This document shows, piece after piece, positions 1 through 12,268 of a DNA stretch of 64,000 nucleotides. Source of the stretch: the human T2T-CHM13v2.0 reference genome, Homo sapiens. The DNA lies in NCBI RefSeq assembly GCF_009914755.1, contig NC_060929.1; one strand, 5' to 3'. A program made the position numbers and the translations under genes. The notes under the pieces were generated by a model. That model was not told the origin of the DNA. It saw only the letters and a program-made list of their open reading frames with translations, and ran no database searches. Position 1 is the stretch's first letter. Each line of letters opens with the position of its first letter.

Positions 1-253
1 CAACTAGGTTTTGACAGTTTTTCCACATCCTCCTCTTCAGAAGCATATAACTTTGAAGTTCTCTGGCAAACATTTTTCATGTGTTTGCTGTATCAACATC
101 AAATATCTATATAAAAGAGAAAATTTATTAACTTCAATGAAATGGCCTTCCATTTCTTAAATTTTATTGCAAAACATTCATTTATCAAATATAGATTGAA
201 CATCTACTATGTTGGTGCTATGTACAGAGACTGGCCAACGAGTATTGAAGTTT

Positions 254-500
254 GTCATGAGATGGGTTCCCCTTGAAGCAGATTTTGGGACAAGAGCTTG
301 TATGCAAGCAGTTTAAGAAGGAAGTATTCTTATGGGAGACAAGTAAGGAAGTTGGGAAAGAAGGCCGAGGAAGCTGAGGAAGCCAAGCAAGGGTGTAATC
401 TCAGACAAAGTTCCACACAAGGTAGCTTCACCCTTCACACAGGAAACCACCCACCCCCCAAAATCAGTAAAAAGACATTTCAGGGGAGCTGGGCAAGGTA
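254..500 (-). mobile_element. Old ERVL-type LTR fragment (LTR16/33/41-like)
   Basis: 'gggttccccttgaagcagattttgggacaagagcttgtatgcaagcagttt' resembles the reverse-complemented 3' end of ERVL LTRs; highly diverged. Confidence 0.45.
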
Positions 501-524
501 TGAGTATTAGTCCTTAAAGACTTA

Positions 525-2610
525 CAGCTTAAATATGAATGAACAGCCAAGAATATTAGGTAGTAGAGGAACATCTCGAATATGCATGTCAAAGTACAAA
601 GCAAACGAATCAAAACAAATTTAAAAAGAAGGAAACATAGAACAGAAGAAAAAACACTTAATTTTTCAATTAATATCCAAGAGATAAGCAAAGATATTGC
701 ATCTATGGAACAGGAACAGTAGGCTATAAAAAGGAATATTCAGGAATAGAAAAGAACACTTTTAAATTAAAAAAAAATAGTGGCTTGATATACTTTGAAT
801 GTTGTCTCCTCTAAATCTCATGTTGAATTATAATCTCCAGTGGCGGAGGTCGACCCCAGTGGGAGGTTTTTGGATCATGGGGTTGGATTTCTCATGAATG
901 GTTTAGCACTATCCACTTGGTGCTGTCCCTGCAATAGTGTCATGCAGTGAGTGAATTCTTGCAAGATCTGGTTGTTTAAAAGTGTGTAGCATCTTCCTTC
1001 TTCTCTCTTGCTCCTGTTTTTGCCATGTGACATGCCTGCTCCCACTTCACCTTCTGCCACAAGTAAAAGCTCCCTGTGGTCTCAGAAACCCAGTAGATGC
1101 TGTTGCCGTCTGTGAACCATGAGCCAATTAAACATTTTTTGTTTATAATTTACCCAGTCTAAGGTTTTCCTTTATAGCATCTCAAGAACTCACTAACACA
1201 TGGCTCAAACAATTCAGTAGAAGTGTTGATAGGTAAATTTGAAAATGTTTCCCAGAAGGGAGAACAAATAGAGAAATGGTCAGAATATTAGATAAATCCT
1301 GATTGTCTATCATCTAATGAATTAGAATTTTTAAAAATGTGAAGAAAAAACCCAAACTTTTAAAGAAATAATTAAGTTAATTTAGAAGAGCAGATAAATA
1401 TGAGCCTTTATATCAAAAAGGTCTTATGGTATACTTAGACCAATGAATAAAAAGTAATTTACAATACAGCATATCATTTCAGGGAATTGGAGGAAAAGAG
1501 AAGTAAAATATTTTTGATAAAATAGAAACGGGGAATAGATCACACACCAAGGACAATGAATAACGGTATTGACCTCTTTATGGCAATGCTGGAAACAAAA
1601 CGCCAATGGAAAAATGCCTTTAAAATTTAGAGGGAAAATGTTTTCTAGTCTTATTCCAGATAGGACACTACATCTAACCAATCTATCAATCAAGTATAAA
1701 GGTTAAAATAAATTCATTTTTACATATGCAAAGCCTTAAGAAATGTGCCTCCAATGTACCCTTTCTCAGAAAGCTATTTGAGCATATACTCCACCAAAAC
1801 AGCTGAATAAACAAAGACAGAAATTTTTTATCTAAGCAAGGAGTATGCAGTACAATAAAGAGGCTAAGAAAGTCTCCAGGATGTTGGTGGAGAGAAGTTT
1901 TGAATGGCAGCTGTGCAGCAAGTCTAGAGAGCAACTGTTCCAGATTGAAGAAGCAGGATAGAAGTTTCCAGAAAGAATGTCTCTCCAAGTAAAAGAAGAA
2001 ACTCATAGAATGTCTGACATGTCTGAATATACTGAAAAGAATCATATTTTTGGCAGAGAATTTGGGGATATTATAATGATAGATATACAGAAAAGCAAGT
2101 CAATAACAACAAAAATATGAGGCAATTAATAACTTCAGAAAAAAGGCAATTGTACAAGAAAGGAAATATAGTCATTCTACACTACTAGGCTCAGATATTA
2201 ATAATATTTAGGTATTATTACCTATAAATATATGCATTTGTATATAATGTATAAACTGAAGATGGCTTCAACAATAACAAACCTGTGATAACATTATATT
2301 GAAAAGACACAGAGAGAATGTGTATATGTCTATGTCTGAGATGGGATGGGGAGAGGAAAACTATCAAATGCTTATCTTCTAAAGTGAGAAGTCAAAAGAT
2401 AATGTCTAAATTGACAAATTCAGCAACATCATAGTCATTATTAATATGGAAGTAATTATTATACTAAAGAAAGAAGTTAAAGCAGCTGAAAGTGCTTCCT
2501 GGGCTTGAGTCAAGGTAGAAAGGAATAGAGCTGGAGACCAGTGGTTTTATTATAATCCTTGTGGTGTTACTATGTTCTGTTGCATTTTACATTTGGTGCA
2601 CATATTACTT
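525..2610 (+). mobile_element. HAL1-like / old L1M ORF1-derived element, split by an MSTB LTR
   Basis: A-rich sense strand with recalled HAL1 blocks ('gagataagcaaagatattgcatctatggaacaggaacag', 'aattcagtagaagtgttgataggtaaatttgaaaatgtttcccagaa', 'atactccaccaaaac'); sequence resumes across the 786-1200 insertion. Confidence 0.6.
786..1200 (+). mobile_element. MSTB-type solo MaLR LTR
   Basis: TG...CA termini, MST motifs ('aaatctcatgttgaattataatc', 'ctcatgaatggtttagcactatcc'), exact 5-bp TSD TGGCT at 781-785 and 1201-1205. Confidence 0.9.
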
Positions 2611-4429
2611 TGGAGCTTAGAGCACATTTGGCCAAAGCAGGACACTGTGCATGGTGATTACCATCATTGCATGGTTCACAGTCCACCACCATTACTGTCC
2701 CCACAAATGATTTTAGCTATGACATAGCTGGGAATTGGTTCTCATGTTTCCATAACACTCTATCATCACACAGAACAGCATTTGAAGTAGTATCCCCTCT
2801 CCATTTGCAGGATCTTCTTCCTACCTTTCATTAGAGCTGAGAAGTTTGGACTTCCCCAGCTCAAATTTACTGTTAGAAAGGGTTGCAGTTTTGAAAGAGC
2901 AGATGCTTCAGGAAAAGTCTGGCTCTGGGAGGAAAGGGGCAGGAACTTAGGGAGGAAATGCTGGAATAACAGCTTTGTGATGAGAAAAGGAGCAAGACTG
3001 GCTGTGAAGAAGCCTGAGGGGGTGAGGAGCCAATTTCGGGATAAAAGGAAAGGTGAAGTTTTTCTTCTCTTCCTTCCTCTGCCCCCAACTTCCATGAGCC
3101 TCCTTCCTTTCTCCCTTCTTTCCTTTCTGTGTTTGGATGAGAGAGGCAGAAAGACCTTAAAGTGGTGTCAGAATGGGGCTTATCCTCCTTTCCTTTTTCT
3201 TTCATCTAACTTGGCAACAATGAAGTCAGCAGTAAGTGGGAGTTAAGGGTTGAGCCTTGGTGCCTGGAGAGGGAAGCATGGGGGTAGACTGATATGAGAG
3301 GGGTGTCCCCTTCCTACCACTTCAAAATTACAAGTCTTTTCATCAAGAACAGCTGGATGACAGAGAAGAAAGGTTTGATGCTAACTTGACTAGAGGGACC
3401 TGAGGACTGCCGAATTTGTATAATATGCAAGAGTATGTATTTCCTCAGCAGCTTGGCAACCATCAACAGGTGGTGAAGGAAAGGCTATTTCTGGTTTTAG
3501 CTGTCAGACTGGGATATACCTTCTTACATAAGCAAGGTACCCAAAGAAGAGGTAGGAAATTAAATATTATGTCTCTGAACTCCTCTTCTCCATCATCCTT
3601 CTTCTCTTCCTTCTTTAACCACTGATGATAAGGGCACATTCCTGAGTTCTTCATATATGGTATCATGTGAAATCCCAGCCTGGATAAAGGTATTCCTCTC
3701 TTTAAAGTAGCTTCCAAAATAGAGTACACAAATCATATGTCAAATTCTCAGGCAGGTCCCAAACACCTAGCAGCTTAAGTTAGTTCTTTTTTTCTCTTCA
3801 ACCCCATGCAACCGGAAATTGTTAAAATATTAAACACTGTTCTAACTCACAAAGTATTCCATTTTTCCTTCCTCAGCCTTTGTCTCCCAACTCTGGTTTC
3901 ATGATGGGGGTGGTATGGAGGGAAGGTGTATTGAGGTAGGAGGTGCAGGCAGTCTAGAATTTGATATTTTAAGTGTTCGGTATTTCAGAGTATGGTGCTC
4001 CCACATCATGCTACTTCCTAGTCCTACTCAGCTTGTGTAAGAGTCCAGGGCAATTCCATGGCCATAATGGAATTATGGGGTGGAGGAGAGATAGTGTGCA
4101 GGCTTCCTTTAATGGACTACAGATTGGTTTCAAAGTGTGTTTGCAGATGCTGAATAGTAGGGATAAAAATTTGAGATCTTCTAGGGCAGATTTTTTCTGT
4201 GTTTGAATAATTTGATCACAAGCATGTGTGCCCAGATACTTTCAGGCAGGAAGTCATTGCTTTGGCTGTGCCTCCTGTACCCTACCTTCTTTGTGGTGTT
4301 CTAGTTTTCAAGGGGTAATGGGGGTTTTCTGACAAGACATCCCCTTCAAAATCAAAATAATAATTTTAAAAAATCACATTTCATGTCTCCTACACTAAGA
4401 AGGAGGCACAATACTTGATAGGCTTCCTT

Positions 4430-5150
4430 GGGTTCTGGAGTCAATGTATTCCATTTTTGGGAGTGGATTTGAGTAGTACTTATAGAAGAACAGTGCTTGG
4501 CAGCAGGTGCAGCATGTGGTTCCAGCAGCACTGCCTTATTGACCTTATACACTGCAGAACCTCTTGAGTTAGAGATGTCTTTGGTGACAGAGATGCCTGG
4601 GGATTATGGAAGCCCCAGGGGAAGAAGTGCAATATAGATCCTGTGATTCCAGAACAGGACCATGTCATTTGCACCAGGCAGTCACTTATTGGAAATACAG
4701 CTTCTGGACATGCCATGGGGACCTTGTAGAGAAGGAGCATGGGACATTCAGTGACAATGTGGCCCAAACTGCCCATCATGAGCTGAGTTCTAACAGACCA
4801 TGTTGTAAGTTCAGGCAGGCCCAGCAGAACCTACTGTGAGGTAGACTTTGTACCTCCAGGATAGGGATAACCAGGAAGAAAGGACATAATGAGCTGCACG
4901 AGCAGGTGGCCCAGGCCCTTTTATCATTTACCATAGTCTTGCCGGCCCTCATTGCCTTGCCCTCAGGTCACCTCAAATCAGGAGCCTCCCTGCTGACAAG
5001 CTGTTGGGAATAACAAAGGCTAACCTTGGCTCACAATGGGTAGGCTTGCTATGTGGGTTGTACAAGTGAAAGCTGACTGCTGCTGCATCTCATCCCCTTG
5101 CAGGAATGAACCTGAAGCAAAGCGGTTGATGGGAATCTTCCCAGTGTGTG
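4430..5150 (+). mobile_element. Degenerate ERVL/MaLR internal region with pol (RT connection/RNase H) remnant
   Basis: Frameshifted fragments QQVQHVVPAALP, VTMWPKLPIMS*VL, KFRQAQQ, ELHEQVAQ are collinear with ERVL pol (QQVQAAVQAALPL...VTMRPELPIMNWVL...KVGRAQQ...KLHEEVAQ). Confidence 0.75.
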
Positions 5151-5638
5151 CTGGATGAACTGTATGTTCAAACCATTTGATTAATCATGACATTTTACGG
5201 GCCAATAGAAGAAAGTGTATGCATCAGGGGTTGGGATTTGGACAGGTCATTTTTGGAGGAGAGTAAGAGGATGGCAAGATGGTGCCAGAAGCTGCTGTAA
5301 CTGAGGCGGTTATCTGTAAAAAGAAGTGGTCCAAAGGGTTTTGGAAGTAAATTTATCTGCCTTCTGTATGCTGCACATGGCCAGCCCTTTAACATAGGGC
5401 TGTTTATCACTCTAGCTCCCCTAGGTCCTTTTGGGAAAGTGTAGAGATCAAGGTAAAATATTTTCCTGCAATGGCATATGTCATCTGAACTTAGGTACCT
5501 TATGAAACAAAAGATGCAGGAAACACAAAAACAGTTATGGCTACTTAGCAAAGAGGACAGGGCATAATGGAGGAAATGAGAGAATTTAAAAAGAGAAAGA
5601 GAAAGGAGAAGAGAGCAGAGGAGAGAGTTTGGGAAGTA

Positions 5639-5718
5639 TTAGGTTGGTGCAAAAGTAATTGCGGTTTTTACCATTACTTTTAATAGCAAAAACCGCAATA
5701 ACTTTTGCACCAACCTAA
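5639..5718. mobile_element. MADE1 (Hsmar1-derived MITE), full 80 bp
   Basis: TTAGGTTGGTGCAAAAGTAATTGCGG...CCGCAATAACTTTTGCACCAACCTAA near-palindrome; TA on the left, CA (mutated TA) on the right. Confidence 0.95.
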
Positions 5719-5849
5719 CATGTAGCACTCAAATGTGTACCTATATGTGGTATTGATTAGATCTTATTTGGAAAGATCTCAAAAGTTTTCAAGGTTTTTG
5801 TTTTTCTTTCTTAAGAGAACCAATAAAAAGGAAGAAAATCATTTTTTTG

Positions 5850-5990
5850 AAACGGAGGTAGCAATATATTGGAAGTCAGGAGACTTGTCCTTTCATCTTT
5901 ACTTTGATACTCACTGATTTTGTGACTTAAGGTGATTCCTTTTTGGCCTTGGTTTTACTGTTTTTAGACTAACCAGTGAATTTAATGAAC
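5850..5990 (+). mobile_element. MIR-family SINE fragment
   Basis: 'ggaagtcaggagacttgtcc...actcactgattttgtgacttaagg' MIR core-like. Confidence 0.5.
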
Positions 5991-8041
5991 TCTGAGTTTC
6001 TTCCTAACGTTTGCTTATTTTCCTACTTCTTTGGATAAAGACTGGAACAACAGAAGTACTGAAACAAATAACAATGAAAAAAGTGGGGAAAGTAATTGAT
6101 TAAAAGGAGGAAGAACACTGCACAAAGAGGAAAGACCCATGAGAAAGGGGGAAACTAAGAACTTTTAGTTTTGAAAGTTTTTTCTAATTTTGATAGATTT
6201 AGGAGGTACAAGTACAGTTTTCTTACATGGATACACTGTGTAGTGGTGAAGCCTGGGCTTTTAGTGTTACGATCACCCAAATAGTGTAAATTGTACCCAG
6301 CAGTTAATTTCTCATCCCTTGTGTTTCTCCCACCCTCCTGCTTTTTCAAGTCTCCAGTATCTATTATTTCACTCTGTCCATGTGTGTACATTATTTAGCT
6401 TCTGTTTATCAGTGAGAACACATGACATTTGACTTTCTGCGTCTGAGTTATATCGCTTAAGACAATGGCCTCCAGTTTCATCTATGTTGTTGTTTCCTTC
6501 TTTTTTATGGATGAGTAGCATTTCATGCTACATATAACACAACATTTTCTGTATCTAATAATCCATGGGTGGACATTTAGGTTGATTCAATGACCTTGCT
6601 ACTGTGAATAGTGCTGTAATAAACATACAAGTCTATCTATCTTTCTGGTAGAACAATGTTTTTTACTTTTGTATATATACCCAGTAATGGGATTGCGCTG
6701 TCAAATGGTAGTTCTATTTTTAATTCTTCGAGAAATCTCCATACTGTTTTCCATAGAGGTTGTATTAATTTATATTGATGTAAATTACATGATGTACATT
6801 GATGATATTCCACCAACAGTGTATAAGTCTTCCCTTTTCTCTGCATCGTCATCAACATTTCTTGTTTTGTGACTTTCATAATGGCCATTCTGCCTGGTGT
6901 AAGAGGGTATCTCACTGTGGTTTTAATTTGCATTTATCCGATGATTAGTGGTGTTGAGCATTCTTTGACATGTTTTTTGGCCACTTGTATGTCTTCTTTT
7001 GTAGAATGTCTGTTCATGTCCTTTGCCCAATATTTAATGGGTTTTTTTTGTTGTTGTTTTCCTGTTGAGCTGTTTGCACTCCTTGATTCTGGGTATTAGT
7101 CCTTTGTTGGATGCATTGTTTGCAAGCACTTTCTTCCTTTCTGTAGGTTGTCTGCTTACTCTGTTGATTATTTCTTTTGCTGTGGTGAAGCTTTTTGGTT
7201 CAATTAAATCTCATTTGTTTATTATTGGTTTTGTTGCACTTGCTTTTGAGGTCTTAGTCATAAATTATTTGTCTAAGCCAATGTCCATAAGAGTTTTTCC
7301 TAGGTTTTCTTCTAGGATTTTTATGGTTTCAGTTCTTACATTGAGTCTTTAATCCATCCTGAGTTAATTTTTGTATGTGGTGATAAGTAGGAGTCCAGTT
7401 TATTTCTTCTGCATATGGCTTTGAAATTTTCCCAGCACCATTTATTGAATAAAGTATCCTTTCTGCATTATATATTTTTGTCAATTTTGTCGAAGCTCAG
7501 TTGGTTGTAGATATATGACTTTATTTCTGGGTTCTCTATTCTGTTCCATTAATCTATGTGTCTATTGTTATACCAGTTCCAGGCTGTTTGGGTTACCATA
7601 GCGTTGTAGTATAATTAGAAGTTGGGTAATGCGATGGCTCCAGCTTTGCTCTTTTTGCTTAAAATTGGTTTGGCTTTTAAGGCTCCTTTCTAATTCAGTA
7701 TGAATTTCAGGATTGTTTTTAGTAATTCTGTGAAAAATGACATTGGTAATTCAATAGAAATAATATTGAATCTGTAGATTGCTTTTGGCAATATAGTTTT
7801 TTGTTTTTGTTTTTTTGTTGTTGTTGTTTTTTCAATGATGTTGGCTTTTCCAATCCATGAGCATGGGATGTTTTCCATTTGCTTATGTCATCTACAATTT
7901 CTTTTAACAGTGTTTTGTAGTTCTCTTTGTAAAGATCTCTCACCTTCTGGGTTAAATGTATTCCTGGGTATTTTATTGTTTTATAGCTATTGTAAATGAA
8001 ATAGACTTCTTGATGTGGTTCTCAGCTTGATCATTATTGGT

Positions 8042-8391
<350 letters not shown>

Positions 8392-10273
8392 TCAACTCTA
8401 GGAGTCTTTTGGAGGACTCTTTAGGGTTTTCCAGGTATAAGATCACATCATCAGTGAACAGATCATTTGACTTCTTTTCCAATTTTAATGCGTTTAATAT
8501 TTCTTTCTCTTGTCTAATTGCTCTAAGACTTCCAGTACTATGTTGAACAGGTATAGTGAAAGAGGGCATCCTTGCCTTGATCTGGTTCTCAGAGAAAATG
8601 CTTTCAAATTTTTTCTATGCAGTACAATGTTGACTATGGGTATGTTGTATATGGCTTTTATTATTTTGGAGTATGTTCCTTCTAGGCCTAGTTTGTTGAG
8701 GGTTTTCATCATGAAGGGATGTTGAACTTTGTTAAATGCTTTTTCTGTATCTATTGAGATAATTACTTGGTTTTTACTTTTAATTCTGTTTTTGTAGTAA
8801 TTCACATTATTTATTTGCATATGTTGAACAGTCCTTGAATTCCTGGAATAAAACCCATTTGTTTGCAGTGTATTATCTTTTAGATGTGTTGTTACATTCA
8901 GTTTGCTAGTATTTTGTTGAAGATTTTTACATCTATGTTCATCAGGAATATTGGCTCGTAGTTTTCTTCTTTTGCTATGTCCTTGCCTGCATTTGGTATC
9001 AGGATGATACTAGCTTCAGAGAATGAGTTAGGGAGGAGTTCTTCTGTCTCAATTTTTTGGAACACTTTCAGTAGAATTGATGCCATTTCTTTGTAAATTT
9101 GGTAGAATTTGGCTGTGAATCTGTCTATGCTTTGGCTTATTTTTTTGGGAGGAGAATTAAAATTACCAATTCAATCTCACTACTGATTAATCATCCGCAC
9201 AGGATTTCTATTTTCTCCTGGTTCAATTTTGGGAGATTGTATGTTTCCAGGAATTTGTCCATTTCCTCTAGGTTTTCTAGTTTGTGTGCATAGAGCTGTT
9301 CATAGTAGTCTCTGATGCTCTCTTGTAATTTTGTGATAGCAGTTGTAATGTCTCTTTTTTCATCTCTGATTGTGCTTATTTGAATCTTCTGTCTTTTTTT
9401 TCCCTTGGTTAATCTAGTTAGTAGTCTATCAATTTTATTTATCTTTTCAAAAAGCCAACTTTTTGTTTTTTTGGTTCATTGTATAGTTTTTTTTTGGTCT
9501 CAATTTCATTTTTGTTCTGATTTTTGTTATTTACTTTCTTCTGCTAGCTTTGGGTTTGGTTTATTCTTATTTTTCTAGTTTTTGGAGGTGCAGTGTTAGG
9601 TTGTTAATTTGTAATTTTTCTATCTTTGTTTTTTTGATATAGGCATTTAGTGCTATAAACCTCCCTCTTAGTGCTGCTTTTGCTACATCCCAGAGATTTT
9701 GGTATGTTATAGCTCTATTTTCATGTGTTTCAAAAATTTTTTAAATTTTCATCCTAATTTTGTCTTTGACCCAAAGATCATTCAGGAGCAGGTTGTTTAA
9801 TTTCATTGTATTTGTATAGTTTTGAGTGTTCCTCTTGGTATTGATTTCAAGTTTCATTCCACTGTGGCCCAAGAAGATAACTGATATAATTTTGTTTTTT
9901 GTTTAATTTATCGAGACTTGTTTTGTGACCTAACATGTTGTCTATTCTGGAAAATGTTCCATGTCCTGATGAGAAGAAAATATATATTCCATGGTTGTTG
10001 AATAGAATGTTCTGTAAATGCCTATTAGGTCCTTTTGGTCTAGAGTACAATTTAAGTCCAGAGTTTCCTTGTTAGTTTTCTGCTTCTATGATCTAGTGCT
10101 GTCAGTGAGGTGTTGGAGTCTTTCACCATTATTATGTTACTGTGTATCTCTTTTCTTACATCTAATGTAATTTGTTTTATGCATATGGGTGCTCTGGTAT
10201 TGGGTGCATATATATTTAGAACTGTTACATTTTCTCATGGAATTGATCCCTATATCTTTATATAATGGCCTTC

Positions 10274-10655
10274 TTTATTACTCCATTTTCACACAGCTAG
10301 AAAAAACTACCTGAGACTGGGTAATTTATGAAGAAAATGGGTTTAATTGACTCAAAGTCCCACAGGCTTTACAGGAAGCATGGCTGGCAGGCCTCAGGAA
10401 ACTTACAATCATGGTGGAAGGTGAATGGGAAGCAAGCATGTCTTACCATGGTGGAGCAGGAGAGAGATAGGGAAGGGGGAAGTGCTACGCACTTTCAAAC
10501 AACCAGATATTGTGAGAACTCATTCATCATCATGAGAGTAGCAAGGGGAAAACCAACCCCCATGGTCCAATCACCTCCCATCAGGACCCTCTCCCAACAC
10601 TGGGAATTATAACTCAGCATGAGATTTGGATGGGACACAGAGCAAGACCATATCA
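10274..10655 (-). mobile_element. MSTA solo LTR nested in L1PB
   Basis: 'cacaggctttacaggaagcatggctgg...gcctcaggaaacttacaatcatgg'; exact TSD CCTTC at 10269-10273 and 10656-10660. Confidence 0.9.
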
Positions 10656-10689
10656 CCTTCTTTGTCTTTTTTTTTTTAACTGTTAGAGT

Positions 10690-10810
10690 CTTTTTTGCAT
10701 TTTCTTTTAGCTCATCAGCTATCATTAGTGTTAGTGTATTTTATGTGTGGCCCAAGACAATTATTTTTCTTTCAATGTTGCCCAGGGAAACCAAAAGATT
10801 GACACTCCTG
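10690..10810. mobile_element. MER30 (hAT-Charlie MITE), one half only
   Basis: 'ttagctcatcagctatcattagtgttagtgtattttatgtgtggcccaagacaatt...aaaagattgacactcctg' matches the MER30 end including one TIR. Confidence 0.85.
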
Positions 10811-11380
10811 ATTTCATCCGTTCACATTCAAGGTTAATGTTGATATGTGAGGTTTTGTCCCTGTCATAATGTTAATTGTTACCTAGTGGCTTTGTAGTGT
10901 CAATTGTGTAATTGTTTTATAAGACCTGTGAATTATTTTGTACATTCATTTGTTTTTACAATAGTGAGCATTGACCTTTTGTTTCCAAGTTTTGAACTCC
11001 TTAAAACATTTCTTGTAGGACTGGTCTAGTGGTGATGAATTAGTTTAGCATTTGCTTGTCTGGGAAATATTTTATTTCTCTTTCTTTTATAAAGCTTAAA
11101 TTTAGGAGGATACAAAATTTGTGGTTGACAGTTTTTGTCTTTAGGAAGTCTGAAAATAGGACCCCAATCTATAGTGGCTTGTAAAGGTTCTGCTGAGAAG
11201 TTTACTGTTAATCTGAAGGGATTTCCTTTATAGGTGATTAGATGCTTTTTTCTTGATGATTTTAGAAGTTTTTCCTTCATATTGACTTTAGAGGCCCTGA
11301 TGACTATATGCCTTGGTGAAGTCCATCTTGCAATGCATTTTCCTAGAGTTCTCTGAGCTTGTATCTGGATGTCTAAATCT

Positions 11381-12268
11381 GTCTCTCTCTCTTTTTTAGG
11401 TTTTGGGCTCTTTATCTTGCATTCAAAATTGATGATGAGAAATATCTATGAATGGCAGTAACCTGAAGAGGCATAAATGACAAGGAGTTGATCAACCCTG
11501 AGTTTTCTGATTTTCATTATGTAAAGTAGCATAAAAAGTATTTTTTTTTTACTTTTATTTTAAGTTTAGAGGTACATGTGCAGACTTGTTACATAGATAA
11601 ACTAAACTTGTGACATGGGGCTTTGTTGTGCAGATTATTTTATCTCCCAGGTATTAAGCCTAGTGCCCATTATTTATTTTTCCTGATCCTCTCCCTCCTC
11701 TCACCCTCCATCATCTAATGGGCCCCAGTGTGTGTTGTTCCCCTCCATTTGTCAATGTGTTCTCATCACTTAGCTCCCAATTATAAGTGAGAACATGTGG
11801 TATTTAGTTTTCTGTTCCTGTGTTAGTTTGTTAAGGTTAATGGCCTCCAGCTCCATCCACATCCCTGCAAAGAACATGATCTGAGTTTTTTTTATGGTTG
11901 CATAGTATTCCATGGTGTATATGTACATCATGAAGCTGAATTTAGCAGAATACAAAATTTGTGGCTGACAAGTTTTTTTTACACTTTTTTAACAAATCTA
12001 ATCTATCATTGGTGGGCATTTAGGTTGATTTCATGTCTTTGCTATTGTGAATAGTGTTTCAAAGAACTTTTATGTGCATGTGTCTTTATAATAAAATGAT
12101 TTATAGTCCTTTGGGTATATACCCAGTAATGGGATTGCTGGGTCAAATGGTATTTCTGTCTTTAGGACTTTGAAAAATTACCATACTGTTTTCCACAATG
12201 GTTGAACTAATTTACACTCCCATTAACAGTCTATAAGCGTTCCTTTTTCTCCACAACCTCTCCAGAAA
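11381..12268 (-). mobile_element. 5'-truncated L1PA13-like element (11541-12268) plus ~160 bp of extra 3' sequence, nested in L1PB ORF1
   Basis: L1PA 3' UTR after a T run at 11541-11550; whole block flanked by TGGATGTCTAAAT at 11366-11378 and 12269-12281. Confidence 0.88.
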
